Below are positions 9,386 through 21,800 of a DNA stretch of 64,000 bases, piece after piece. The stretch's first letter is position 1. Every line of letters begins with the position of its first letter. Below the pieces are notes generated by a model. The model was not told the DNA's origin. It worked only from the letters and a program-made list of their open reading frames with translations, and did no database searches. Source of the DNA: a virus; the IMG/VR virus record IMGVR_UViG_3300028394_002659, one strand, 5' to 3'. Both the position numbers and the translations under genes were made by a program.

Positions 9386-12300
9386 ATGGCAAAAACAACT
9401 AGACAAACAGCGATATTTGGCGTAGAAGATTGGAAACAAATCTATCAAACCTATCGCGAAGCCGATTTTCAAAGTTATGATTTTGAAACTCTGCGCAAAA
9501 GTTTTGTTGATTACCTGCGTTTGTACTACCCAGAAACATTCAATGACTACATTGAATCGTCAGAATACATTGCTCTATTAGACGTTATTGCGTTCATGGG
9601 ACAGGCACTGGCCTTCCGTACAGATCTAAACACTAGAGAAAACTACATGGACACGGCAGAACGTCGTGATTCAGTGGTACGCCTGGCCAACTTGGTCAGT
9701 TACACTGCCAAACGCAACGTTGCCGCACAAGGGCTACTCAAAGTATTTTCAGTTACCACAACAGAAAACGTTGTGGACTACCAAGGCGTAAATTTAGCAA
9801 ATTTCACAATCAACTGGGCTGACCAAACCAATCCAGACTGGCAAGAACAATTCACCACAGTTATCAATGCCAGTTTGGTTGATACACAAAAAGTCGGACG
9901 ACCTGGCAACAAACAAACTATATTAGGTGTAGTTACCAGCGAGTATGGTATCAATCTAGTGCCGGGATATTTGCCAGTGGTACCGTATACTGCCACAGTA
10001 GACGGTGTGAACATGCCATTTGAAGCCATGACATCCACATCAGTAGGCGAAACTTACGTGTACGAGCCGCCGCCACAGGCCAATCAACCATTCAACATCT
10101 TGTTCCGTAACGACAGCCTGGGATTTCAATCAGCCAACACTGGTTACTTCTTTATGTTCAAACAAGGCGTGTTACAGAACCAAGACTTTAACTTGGCTGA
10201 AAAAGTCAGCAACCGTACTGTAAACATCAACATTGAAGGCGTCAACAATGAAGATCGTTGGTTGTTCCAGTTAGACAACGTGGGCAACATCAATCGCGAA
10301 TGGGCATATACTGAAAACATTTACTCTGCTGGTGCCGAGCAAGTGGGCACCACCCTTCGTCCTATCTATACTGTTACATCAAGAACCAACGACCAAATTA
10401 CCATGGTGTTTGGCGATGGTGTGTTCTCAGAAATTCCAGTAGGCACATTCCGTGCTTATGTTCGTGCATCAAACGGTTTACAATACATCATTAATCCTGC
10501 AGAAATGCAGGCCGTACAAATTCCAATCAGTTATATCAGTCGTGCTGGCAATCTTGAAACACTGACATTCACTTGTGGCATTACTCAACCTGTTTCAAAC
10601 AGTCAAGCACGTGAAACTATTGATGCTATCAAACAACGTGCTCCTGCCCGCTATTACACACAAGACCGTATGGTCAACGGAGAAGATTACAACCTCTTTC
10701 CATACACACAATACAACTCAATTGTCAAAAGCAAGGCCCTAAATCGTGCATCAATTGGCACAAGTCGTTACCTTGACTTGGTTGACAACACAGGCAAGTA
10801 TTCCAGCACCAACAGTTTTGGCAGCGACGGCGGCTTGTGGGAACAAAACATTCTTCCCACTATCTTGTTCTCCTGGACCAATCGCAATGAGATTGCTGAT
10901 TTCACTACCAATCAAGTTCAGCCGGCCATTGGTGCAAACACCATGCGCCAGTTTTATTATGAAAACTTCCCAAGAGTCACAGACACTTCATTGCCCACAT
11001 ATGGCGGCACAACCTGGGTCACTGACGCAAGTTGGACACAAAGTACTACACTGGCTAACGAAACTACTGGATACTTTAAAAATGCAGTTTATTCAACTGC
11101 CTGGCCCACGGGCTCACCTATTCCGGTAGGCACAACCACAACCACAGCATTCAAATATGTGGCTGTGGGAAGCTTGATTAAGTTTGTACCGCCCACTGGT
11201 TACTATTTTGATAAAAACAACAAGTTACAACAGGGTACACCAACTTCAACAGATCAGACATTGGAAATTTGGGCCAGCCCAATCAGTATTGAAGGGTCGG
11301 GCTACAACAACGGCCTTGGCAACTTGCCTTCTGGTGCAGGCCCTGTGGCACTCAATAATTTTGTGCCCACAGGCGCACTGGTTGACACTATTATTCCGTT
11401 ATTTGTCACTGACTTACCGGTGAGTATAGAACAAAGTATTGCCGAACAAATTTTGTTGAATCGAAATTTTGGCTTGGGGTATGACAACAACGGCGACATT
11501 ACTGGCACACCTAATACTTGGTATCTAATTACCAGCACCAACCTAGCACAGGATTCGACCTGGAGTCAGGCGTATGCCGGCAACACATCAGGCACTAATC
11601 AGGATGCATCCTGGTTGATACAATTTGTTGTACAAAATCAAAACTATACAGTGACCTTTCGTGGACTTGCATACTCATTTGGATCAGTGTTACAAACACG
11701 ATTCTTCTACTATGATGGTGGACAAATTTATGACAGCCGCACAGGCACAGTGATCAAAGACTTTATCAATGTGCTGGCAGTGAATACTCAGCCAGATTCC
11801 ACAGATCACTTGTCTGGTGATATCTACATGACCATTATTGGACAGCCTGTAGAGAGCGACGGCTATGTTGATGACTTCCAGGTCCTGGTAGGATATCGAG
11901 ACAGTGACAATGATGGTGTGCCTGATAATCCAGACTTCTTTAGTGAGATTGTTGCACCAACTGTAAACTCCACACAAAAATATATCTATCTCCAAAAGAC
12001 TGTGGACTTTGATAACCTGCAACGCTACCTGTTGGTAGAGCCAGGTGTGGTGACCAGTGACTATGGCACCCTTGACGAGATTGAATTGCAAAAAAGTGCT
12101 TGGACTCCGGGCCAAGTATTTTATGCCTACGAGCAAGAGGCTTTCTATCAGTTGTCAGTGAATTACATAGGAACAAGAACCTTGGTTGACGTCACTGATG
12201 AATGGATTGCCAGAACTGGTCGTCAAGCATTGTATTTCCAATATCGTCACAACGCACCTTTGACTTCACGTATTGACCCAGGCACAACCAACATCATTGA

Positions 12301-12862
12301 CTTGTATGTTGTTACATTGAGTTATTATACTGCTTATCAAAACTGGATTCGTGATACAACAGGTACTGTAGTAGAACCTGATGTGCCCACTATTGATGAG
12401 TTGTCAACTGAATACCAAGGCCTACAAAATTACAAAATGTTGAGTGACAATATTATTTTAAATTCAGTGATATTCAAACCCTTGTTTGGCCAAAAAGCCG
12501 CACAAGAATTACGTGCCACAATCAAAGTGATTCGGGCACAAGGATCAACTGCTAGTACCAGTGAAATCAAAAGCAGTGTAGTTACTGCAATGAACACATA
12601 CTTTTCAATTGACAAGTGGAACTTTGGGGACACCTTCTACTTCTCAGAACTTGCCGCATACCTACACAGAGAACTTGGAACAATTGTTAGTTCAGTGGTT
12701 TTGGTACCACTCAACAGCCAAAAGTACTTTGGCGATCTATACGAGATTCGTTCAGCACCAAATGAAATATTTGTAAATGGTGCCACAATCAACAACATTG
12801 AAGTTATTGAAGCATTGACCAGTACTAACTTACGTACCGCACCTGGTAGCGGAGTAATTTAA
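9386..12862 (+). CDS. Baseplate wedge subunit, T4 gp6-like (extended)
   Basis: DFETLRKSFVDYL..FNDYIESSE..LLD..A, TAERRDSV.RLA..VSY, FGDGVFSEIP, ETIDAIKQRAP..Y.TQDRMVNGEDY. Confidence 0.88.
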   Translation: MAKTTRQTAIFGVEDWKQIYQTYREADFQSYDFETLRKSFVDYLRLYYPETFNDYIESSEYIALLDVIAFMGQALAFRTDLNTRENYMDTAERRDSVVRLANLVSYTAKRNVAAQGLLKVFSVTTTENVVDYQGVNLANFTINWADQTNPDWQEQFTTVINASLVDTQKVGRPGNKQTILGVVTSEYGINLVPGYLPVVPYTATVDGVNMPFEAMTSTSVGETYVYEPPPQANQPFNILFRNDSLGFQSANTGYFFMFKQGVLQNQDFNLAEKVSNRTVNINIEGVNNEDRWLFQLDNVGNINREWAYTENIYSAGAEQVGTTLRPIYTVTSRTNDQITMVFGDGVFSEIPVGTFRAYVRASNGLQYIINPAEMQAVQIPISYISRAGNLETLTFTCGITQPVSNSQARETIDAIKQRAPARYYTQDRMVNGEDYNLFPYTQYNSIVKSKALNRASIGTSRYLDLVDNTGKYSSTNSFGSDGGLWEQNILPTILFSWTNRNEIADFTTNQVQPAIGANTMRQFYYENFPRVTDTSLPTYGGTTWVTDASWTQSTTLANETTGYFKNAVYSTAWPTGSPIPVGTTTTTAFKYVAVGSLIKFVPPTGYYFDKNNKLQQGTPTSTDQTLEIWASPISIEGSGYNNGLGNLPSGAGPVALNNFVPTGALVDTIIPLFVTDLPVSIEQSIAEQILLNRNFGLGYDNNGDITGTPNTWYLITSTNLAQDSTWSQAYAGNTSGTNQDASWLIQFVVQNQNYTVTFRGLAYSFGSVLQTRFFYYDGGQIYDSRTGTVIKDFINVLAVNTQPDSTDHLSGDIYMTIIGQPVESDGYVDDFQVLVGYRDSDNDGVPDNPDFFSEIVAPTVNSTQKYIYLQKTVDFDNLQRYLLVEPGVVTSDYGTLDEIELQKSAWTPGQVFYAYEQEAFYQLSVNYIGTRTLVDVTDEWIARTGRQALYFQYRHNAPLTSRIDPGTTNIIDLYVVTLSYYTAYQNWIRDTTGTVVEPDVPTIDELSTEYQGLQNYKMLSDNIILNSVIFKPLFGQKAAQELRATIKVIRAQGSTASTSEIKSSVVTAMNTYFSIDKWNFGDTFYFSELAAYLHRELGTIVSSVVLVPLNSQKYFGDLYEIRSAPNEIFVNGATINNIEVIEALTSTNLRTAPGSGVI

Positions 12863-15800
12863 TGGCCAACACACGTAGCGTAGATTTTCTTCCTGAAATT
12901 TTTCAGACCGATGCCAACAAACAATTTTTGGCCGCCACTCTTGATCAACTGATCCAAGAGCCTAACTTTAGAAAAACACAAGGTTTTATTGGTCGTACAG
13001 TTGGCCCAGGTGTAAACCCCAACGACAAGTATGTGGTTGAACCCACAAAAACACGGGCAGACTATCAACTTGAGCCAGGCGTGGTCAGTCTGGTGCCTGA
13101 TACTGATACTATCAAAAATGCCATTACCTATCCTGGATTGAATGATGCAGTAAGTTTCCAAGGCGGCAACGGTGGCCGCCCAGACAGATTATATTCAAGT
13201 GAATATTATACCTGGGATCCGTTTGTTGATTTTGATGCATTTATAAATTTCAGCCAATACTATTGGATTCCTGGCGGTCTAGCCGCAGTTGATGTGGCAT
13301 CTGCTGGTATTTCCACCACAGACAATTTTGTAGTAACCACCAACAACAGTGCTTACAATTTTTCAGGCGTCAATGGCAACAATCCTGTGATTGAATTGGT
13401 GCGTGGCGGCAGTTACACGTTCCAAGTATCAGATGAATTTTGGATACAGTCAGCACCAGGTATATCAGGTACAATACCTGCCACTCCAAACATTAGCAGT
13501 AGAGATGTTTACGGAGTGGCCAACAACGGTGAAACATCAGGTACTGTGATTTTTAATGCTCCACTAAAGGATGCACAAAGTTTTTATTACAATCTAACCA
13601 GTATTGGCACCATTGATTTGGTAACTGAATTGGCTTACAATGATATTAACGGACAACCATTGATTGATTTTGTTGTTGCAACAGGCGGCATCGATGGTGT
13701 AACCAATTTAAACAATCGCACGTTGATTTTTATTGACAACCCTGCACTCACACAAAAATATCAAATTACCTATGTCACTGTTGACAGTGTGGTTTACCTA
13801 CAACTGGCAGAAATTGCAACAATCAACAGCCTGGAAAAATGGATCACCAGTTACGGCACAGTTTACAGTAATACTCAATGGTACAAAGATCCGGCTGGCG
13901 TTATTCGCAGTATTCCATTGTTGAGTGCGGTACAAGATACATTGTACTATCAGTCTGGAACCAATTCAGAAATTTTTGGTCGTATTCTTTTGGTTGAGCC
14001 GGGCAACAGTAGCACGCTCGATGTTGACAGTATCATTGGTCAAGAAACATACACCAGTCCCAATGGAGTAGCGTTTACCAATGGTCTCAAAGTACGATTC
14101 ACTGGAGATGTTGTGCCTGCTAGTTATGGATCAGGCACAAGCACTTTCCAATGTACTGCTACAGAAGCCGGCACAAACTATATCACTTATTACAATGCAA
14201 CCTACTTGTATGTTGGGCAAGGAGTTGTGTTTTTAGCCACAACCCTTGGAGGTCTCGAACCAGGCACAACTTACTATGTGAGATCCATTGCGGTCAACGG
14301 ACTGAAATTTACTGTGAGTGCAGTACCCAATGGTCCAGCAGTGACACTACAAACTGGCACAGGTACTATGAATGCAATTGCGGTTAGCAATCATGAATAT
14401 TATGTAAGTGGAGTAGGTACTGCAATTGAATTGTTGCCTGTTGAAAATTTTGCAGTGTACGAAAGTTATGCAACTGATTATACTGACAGTACCATTGCTG
14501 TGGAGCCAGCAGATATAGATTATCTAACCATCAGTCGCGCCAGCAAGGATCTAAATGCCTGGACAAGAAGCAATCGTTGGTTTCATATCGATGTGATCAA
14601 TGCCACAGCCACATATAATAACACAGCCGCAGACATTGACAACAATTTCCGTGCCAAGAGACCAATCATACAATTTCGTCCAGGCATACGACTATGGAAC
14701 ATGGGAACCCGTGGTAAAGCACCGGTGGATATCATTGACTTTACTGAAACTGATGCGTTTTCAAATGTGGAGGGATCTACTGGTTACACAACTGACGGTT
14801 ATACCCTGGTAGAAGGCTCACGAGTTATTTTTGCCGCAGACGAAGATTTAAATGTACGTGATAAAATTTATGTAGTAAGTTTTGCAACGCCTGACACTGT
14901 GCCTCCGTTGATTACACAACCAATTATTGTGTTGACCGAAGCCACTGATGGTGCAGTTCAACTAGATGAGTCCACTGTGTGTATAGATGGTGACACCATT
15001 GCCGGACTAACATTCTGGTTTGATGGAACTGCCTGGATTGAAGCACAACAAAAAATCAGTGTACAACAGGCACCGTTATACAACGTATACGATATAGATG
15101 GTGTGAGTTTTGGCGATCGAGTCAAGTATCAATCCAGTGACTTTGTGGGCTCAAAATTGTTCAGTTATGCTGTGGGCGACACAACCATACTTGATACCGT
15201 TTTGCAATTTCCTTTACAATACCTTAACATCAACAACGTTGGTGATATTCTGTTTGACAACAACCTGTACGTTGACACATTCACTTATACAATTGACAAT
15301 GTCAGCACAGCAACTCCTATCAGTTCGGGCGCCGCAAGAGAGTATGAAGATCGCGTAACTTATTACAAGTTAATTGGTTGGCAAACTGCGGTAGTTGAAC
15401 AACAAATCTATCAACAGTTTAAATTTACTTACACAGGACAGAGTCTCAAACTTGATATTGCAGTGACATCACAAACTGTAATTGCAGTTCCTGTGATAAA
15501 AATCTATGTTGGCAGTGTGTTTATTGATCCCAGCACGTATACCTATACTGTTGGCACAAACAGTACAGTTATTACACTGACTAACACCTACTTGCCTACA
15601 GATATTATTGAAGTATTGGCATTGAGCGATCAAACCAGCACAGTAGGTTTTTATCAGGTGCCAGATAATTTACAAAGTAATCCTCTCAATGCAAACAGCC
15701 CTGCATTTACATTAGGTACTATTCGTACTCATTACGAAACCATTTGTGAAAACTTATTGGACTTGACCGGACCAATCAACGGATCAAACAACAGTCGTGA

Positions 15801-18800
15801 CCTTGGCAATATTGTTCCGTACGGCCTTGAAATTCTACAACAAAGCGCACCGTTGACCCTGGCTGGCTACTTCATGCGTAGTCCCAGTTACAATATATTT
15901 GCATCTTTGCAATATAATAGCCGTGAGTATACTAAATTCAAAGCGCAAATGCTGGATGCAGTGTTGACTCAAAACAACATTGCTTTTAAAACCACTGCCA
16001 CAATTCTCGATCAAGCCATACAAGATATCACCCTGGGCAAATTAGAAACTCAACCTTTCTACTGGAGTGACATGATCCCACAAGGCGTCACAAGTTATAG
16101 CAATACCTACACTGTGGGTCTAACCACTAGAGCCACATTTGATACTGTACAAGTGTACAACTACACATCAGCCAACTACCTTGGACTTTGTGTATATCTA
16201 AATGATGAGATATTGACCAGAGATCTAGAATATGTTGTGGCCACCGACGGCCCAAGACTAACAATATCAGCGACTCTCGCAGTTGGCGACACAGTCACAA
16301 TCAATGAATACAGTGCCACCTATGGAAATTTTGTACCCAATACTCCTAGTAAAATGGGCCTGTATCCAAAATATGAACCAGAGATAACAACACTGGTAAC
16401 TTCGAATGGCACAGGCGAATTTATTATCGGACACGACGGCAGTGAAACTCCGGTGTTTGGAGACATACGAGACCAAGTGTTGCTAGAATTTGAAACAAGA
16501 ATCTACAACAATATCAAACAAGATGGCAACCCTGTACCTCTCACAATAGAAAATGTATTGCCCGGACAGTTCCGTGACACAGGATATACCTTTGAAGAAA
16601 TTAACAATATCTTTGCCGAGGACTTGTTGAGTTACTGCGGATGGAACAAACTAAATTACAAAGAACAAACATTTAGTGCCACCAATGAGTTTACCTGGAA
16701 CTATAGTGGCACTACCAACCGCCTCAACAACGAAAATTTACTAGGCGCATGGCGCGGTATCTATCGCTACTTCTATGATACTCAACAGCCCGAGTACACA
16801 CCCTGGGAAATGTTGGGCTTAGAAATTGAACCCACCTGGTGGCAAGATCGTTATGGTCCAGCGCCGTATACCGCAGACAACTTGGTGTTGTGGGACGACT
16901 TGGAAGCCGGCCTTGTGGCAGATCCTGTTGTGCCTTATTACAAGCCTAATTACGCAAGACCGGGGTTGACATCGGTCATACCCACAGGCGGTGAAGGCGA
17001 GTTGCTGAGCCCACAAAACAGTGTTGTGGGCGGCGTGCCATTGAATCAAAATGTCAGCGCCAGATATCAAAAGAGTTGGGCCATTGGCGACGGTGGCCCA
17101 GTTGAAGCGTCATGGTGGAATTCCAGTTCATATCCTTTCTCGGTAATGCATGTGTTGGCAGTTACTCGTCCGGCCGAGTTCTTTGCGTTGTTTGCCGATC
17201 GTGATTTGTACAAGTTCGATACTGACTACAATCAATATCTCTATAATCAACGGTATAGATTGGATGCCAATGGTATTGAAGTGTATGGCAACGACGTCAG
17301 CAAAGCCAGTTACATTAACTGGATTGTAGATTACAATAGACAAACAGGTATCAACTCAACCGATCTTTTGACTGCGGATCTTGCGGCATTGGATGTTAGA
17401 TTATGCTATAGAATGGCCAGTTACTCAGACAAACAATATGTCAAATTGGTTACTGAGAAGTCTAGTCCCAACAGTACCAACACAACGCTGACGATTCCAG
17501 ACGAAAGTTACAACATCTTGTTGTACAAAAATCAGCCGTTTGATCAGATACGATACAGCAGTGTGGCTGTGCAAAAAGTTGACGGTGGCGGATACGCTGT
17601 ATTTGGTTATGGCACAACACAACCGTATTTTGAAATACTACAAAGCCAAGCAGTGGGCAAACTGCAAGAATACAGCGCCGGCGGTATCACTGTGCTTGTA
17701 CCAACTTTTTATTCAGACAATGTGACACAGGTTCCGTATGGATTTGTGTTTGTGAATGAAACCGCAGTGAGTGATTTCTTGCTGAGTTACGGCAAACTGT
17801 TGGAAACCCAAGGACTAACATTTACCGACAGAGCCAATGGTTACACACTAGACTGGCCAAGAATGGTCACGGAATTCTTGTACTGGAGCCAACAAGGCTG
17901 GGGCACAAATGCCATTATCAATTTGAATCCATTGGCTGGAGGGCTGACTGTTACTCGACCAGGTGCAGTGGTCGACAGCATTGTGACCGAAACTAGCGAA
18001 AACTTATTACTGGATCAAAATTCAAACGAAATACCCACACGTTCATTAAATGTTGTTCGCCTGGGAAATACATTCACTATTCAGCCACTGACCACACAAA
18101 GCATCAGTTATATCAATTTGAGATTTACCAACTACGAACACATGATGGTACTGAACAACAAGAGCGTGTTTGGAGATTTGATTTATAATCCAGTCACTGG
18201 AGCAAGACAAAGTAGATTGACACTGGTGGCAGTGACCACCAGCGACTGGAACGGAAGTGTAGATACTCCTGGATTTATTTTAAATCAAGACAATGTTCAA
18301 GAGTGGACAGGATTAAGAACTTATAGCAAGGGCGAAATTGTCAAGTATAAAAACGTATACTGGTCGGCCCTGACCATTGTGCAACCCAGTGTAAAGTTTG
18401 ACTTCAATACTTGGACACAAAGCGACTACACACAAATTGAACTTGGATTGTTACCCAACCTGGCCAACAAAGCCGACCAACTGGCCAACAGTTACAACAT
18501 CAATGCTGCCAACATTGAAACAGACAATGATTTGTTATCTTATGGCTTGATTGGATTCAAACCACGTCAGTACCTGGCTGCGTTGAATCTTGACGATGTG
18601 AGTCAGGTCAATGTTTATAGACAATTCCTAGGCACCAAAGGTACTAGACTGGCCACAGACTTGTTCAAGTCTGCCAACCTAGGTAAAGAAGCCGCTGACT
18701 ACACAATCTATGAAAACTGGGCAGTACAACGTGCGACATATGGTGCCAATGCCAATCGTAGTTTTGTTGAATTGCGTTTGAACCGTGCGTTGTTGAGTGC

Positions 18801-21800
18801 AAATCCTAGCCTGGTACAAGTGGTTGTGCCACAACAAGCAAGTGCCGCAGACCAACAAATATACTTGACCGATGTGTGGCGTAGTAGTTACAAACTGACC
18901 AGTACAGACATTCTTCCAACCACTACTGAATTGCCCACAGATATCGGGTTACCCACAGCAGGTTATGTGAGTCTTGACGATACTGATATCACAGTGTTCG
19001 ACATAACAAACACAGAAAGTCTGGCAGCAAATATTGATTCAATTCAGGTAGGTACCAGTATCTGGGTTGCCAAGATCAACGATTACGATTGGAACATTTA
19101 TCGTGCGCAAGCAGTACCAGGACAAATTCAACACGTTTGTGACAACCTGAACGGTACAAGTCGTGTGATTTTTAATGATCAACACGGCCTGACAACCGGT
19201 GATAAACTGATCATCAAATTCTTTGACAGTGAAATCAATGGAGTATATCAGGTACTCAGTGTTCCCAATCTGGACACAGTAAACATTGCATTTGCATTTA
19301 CCAGCAATCGTGCAGTGGCCAATGGCACAGGAATTGGATTCACATTGCAGACCATGCGAGTGGCTCAGGCCAGTGATGTTGACAGTTTGCCTTATGCTCT
19401 AAATATCTTGCCAGGCGCCAAAGTTTGGGTCGACGACAACGGTGACGGCTTGTGGGAAGTGTTGCAAAAGAATGATGTGTTCTCAAGCATTGTTGCACTA
19501 AATCCAGTACTGCTAGATGCTGGAGAACAATACGGTGCCAGCGTGGCACAGGCCAGAAACAAATTGGCCGCATTTGTGGGTAGTCCAAACTATGGATTTT
19601 ACACAGGTACTTCAAAAGGCGCAATATATGTATACGTCAAGAGTTACAGCGATCAGTACACACCTGTAAGTCCGTTAGGCACAGGCGATGCAATACTCAC
19701 ACTAGATGCAACAGGTGTGCGTGGATACGGTAATGCCATAGACTTTGGCAATCAATCCTGGGCAGTGGCCGGTGCTAGTGCTAGTTTGGGATCTGGCAGC
19801 CAAGCCAACAACGGCTATGCTTGTGTGATCTATCGCGACCCGACACTGGGAGTTCCGGGATCTATTCCTTTTGGGCAATGGCAATTGCTCACACAACCTG
19901 CGGCATACGGTACATTATTAACTGGTGCAGGAGAATTTGGTTACAGTGTGGCCATGAGTCTAGACGAGCGTTGGATGTACATTGGCGCACCAGGACTAAA
20001 CAGCGTACATGCATATGGCTATGTTGATTGGCAGAATCAAGTTATCAAAACGATCGCCGACGGAGTGACCACAGCATACACTATCAATGATACCATACAA
20101 ATCAACAACGACTACCAACTCAAAGTTACCTTGAATGGACAAATACAAACAGTCGGAACTGACTACACAATCAGTGGCAGTTTCGGCACAGTTACTTTTG
20201 CATCTGCACCAGGAAATACTATAGCAGGCAGTTTTGTACCAGGTGCCACATACACAATTTTAACTTTGGGTACCACCGACTTCACAGCAATTGGCGCAAG
20301 TTCAAACACTGTGGGGGTTGAATTCGTCGCTACCGGGGCAGGTTCAGGCACAGGCACAGCTGTTGCCCAATTATTGATTGAATTTGCACGTTATAACAGT
20401 TTTCAAATTCCCTACTCGGCTGCAACGTACAATCTTGCTGGAACATCATCATCTTTGCCCGGACTGTTCACAGCCACAAACATATACTCATTCAGTATTG
20501 AAGTTAATGGAGCGTTGTTGCGACCCAATATTGATTACACATTTGCAGGCACAACAGTGACATTTACCGGATCATATATCAGTAGTGATATCATAATCGT
20601 AAGAGCCAACGGTTACTTTGAATATACAAATACTCTTACTGTGGCTGGACTTGGTGCTTCTGATCGCTTTGGTCACAGCATTTCATGTACTACAGATGGT
20701 CGCCAGGTCCTGGTGGGAACTCCTTATATCACAATTGATGGCAACGTGGAAGCCGGACAAGTTTATGTGTTTGACCGTAATGTACAAAGATTCATTTGCA
20801 ATAGCAATTCTTCCAGCACCAATTTCACAGTACTAGGATCTGCACCAACTGCGCCTGTGAGCGTGATTGTCAACAATGAATTCTACATCAATCAAACTGA
20901 CAGCGTGATTGATGCACCTAACTCTTTCACAGTAAGTGGAAACACAATTACTATCTTGGGTGACCTCAAGGTAGGCGATGTAGTTGAAATTGAGACCAAT
21001 CAATTTAATTTATTACAAACAGTTTCGCAAAATACCGTGGCTAACTTTTCAAACTTTGGGCAAGCAGTAGAAATTTGCGACAACAATTGCAGTCTATATG
21101 TGGGAGAACCACAAAGCAGCCAACAGATTTTTAAAGGTGGTGTGGTTGAACGTTTTGTAAACCAAAGCCGAGTTTATGGCACAATCACTGCCACAGTGGC
21201 CAATCCCACATTCACTGTTGGCAACACCATTAGAGTCAACAACATGGATGTGGTACTGACTGGTACCACTGTGGCAAGCCTGGCCAACGCAATCAATTCT
21301 ACAGTTCCAAACGTGTTGGCCACAGTCAGTACCGCTGGATACCTAACAATCAATGTTAAAAATTCTGCGGCAGCCGCACCGTTCAACAAGGTACAAGTAG
21401 CACCTGGTAGTGTGGGCACGGCATTTACAACTTTGGGCTTTGATACATTTGCTTGGACACAGTTGATTACCAGTCCATATCCTGTGGAGTATGCGGCATT
21501 TGGTAGTGCCATCAGTGTCAACGACAATGCTATCAACTTGGTTGTTGGCGCACCACGAGGTACGCTGTACCTTGAAACTATATTTGATGATGGCACAACT
21601 TATTTTGATGCTGGCAGTACCATATTCTTCTCTGTGATTGTACAAAGTGGTGCAATTTATACTTTTGATTATTTGCCAAGCAGTACACTGACTGTTACTA
21701 ACCCAGGCAAATTTGTATTTGGACAACAAATCAACAACAGTCAAGTCCAATCATATGACACATTTGGCGCCGCAGTAAATTACACTTCGGGTGTGCTCAT

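Noticed and set aside
1-12862. Bacterial T6SS or extracellular contractile injection system
   Set aside because: T4-type late promoters, tail fibres, thyX and a typical early small-ORF region indicate a phage; no T6SS membrane complex or ClpV genes are present.
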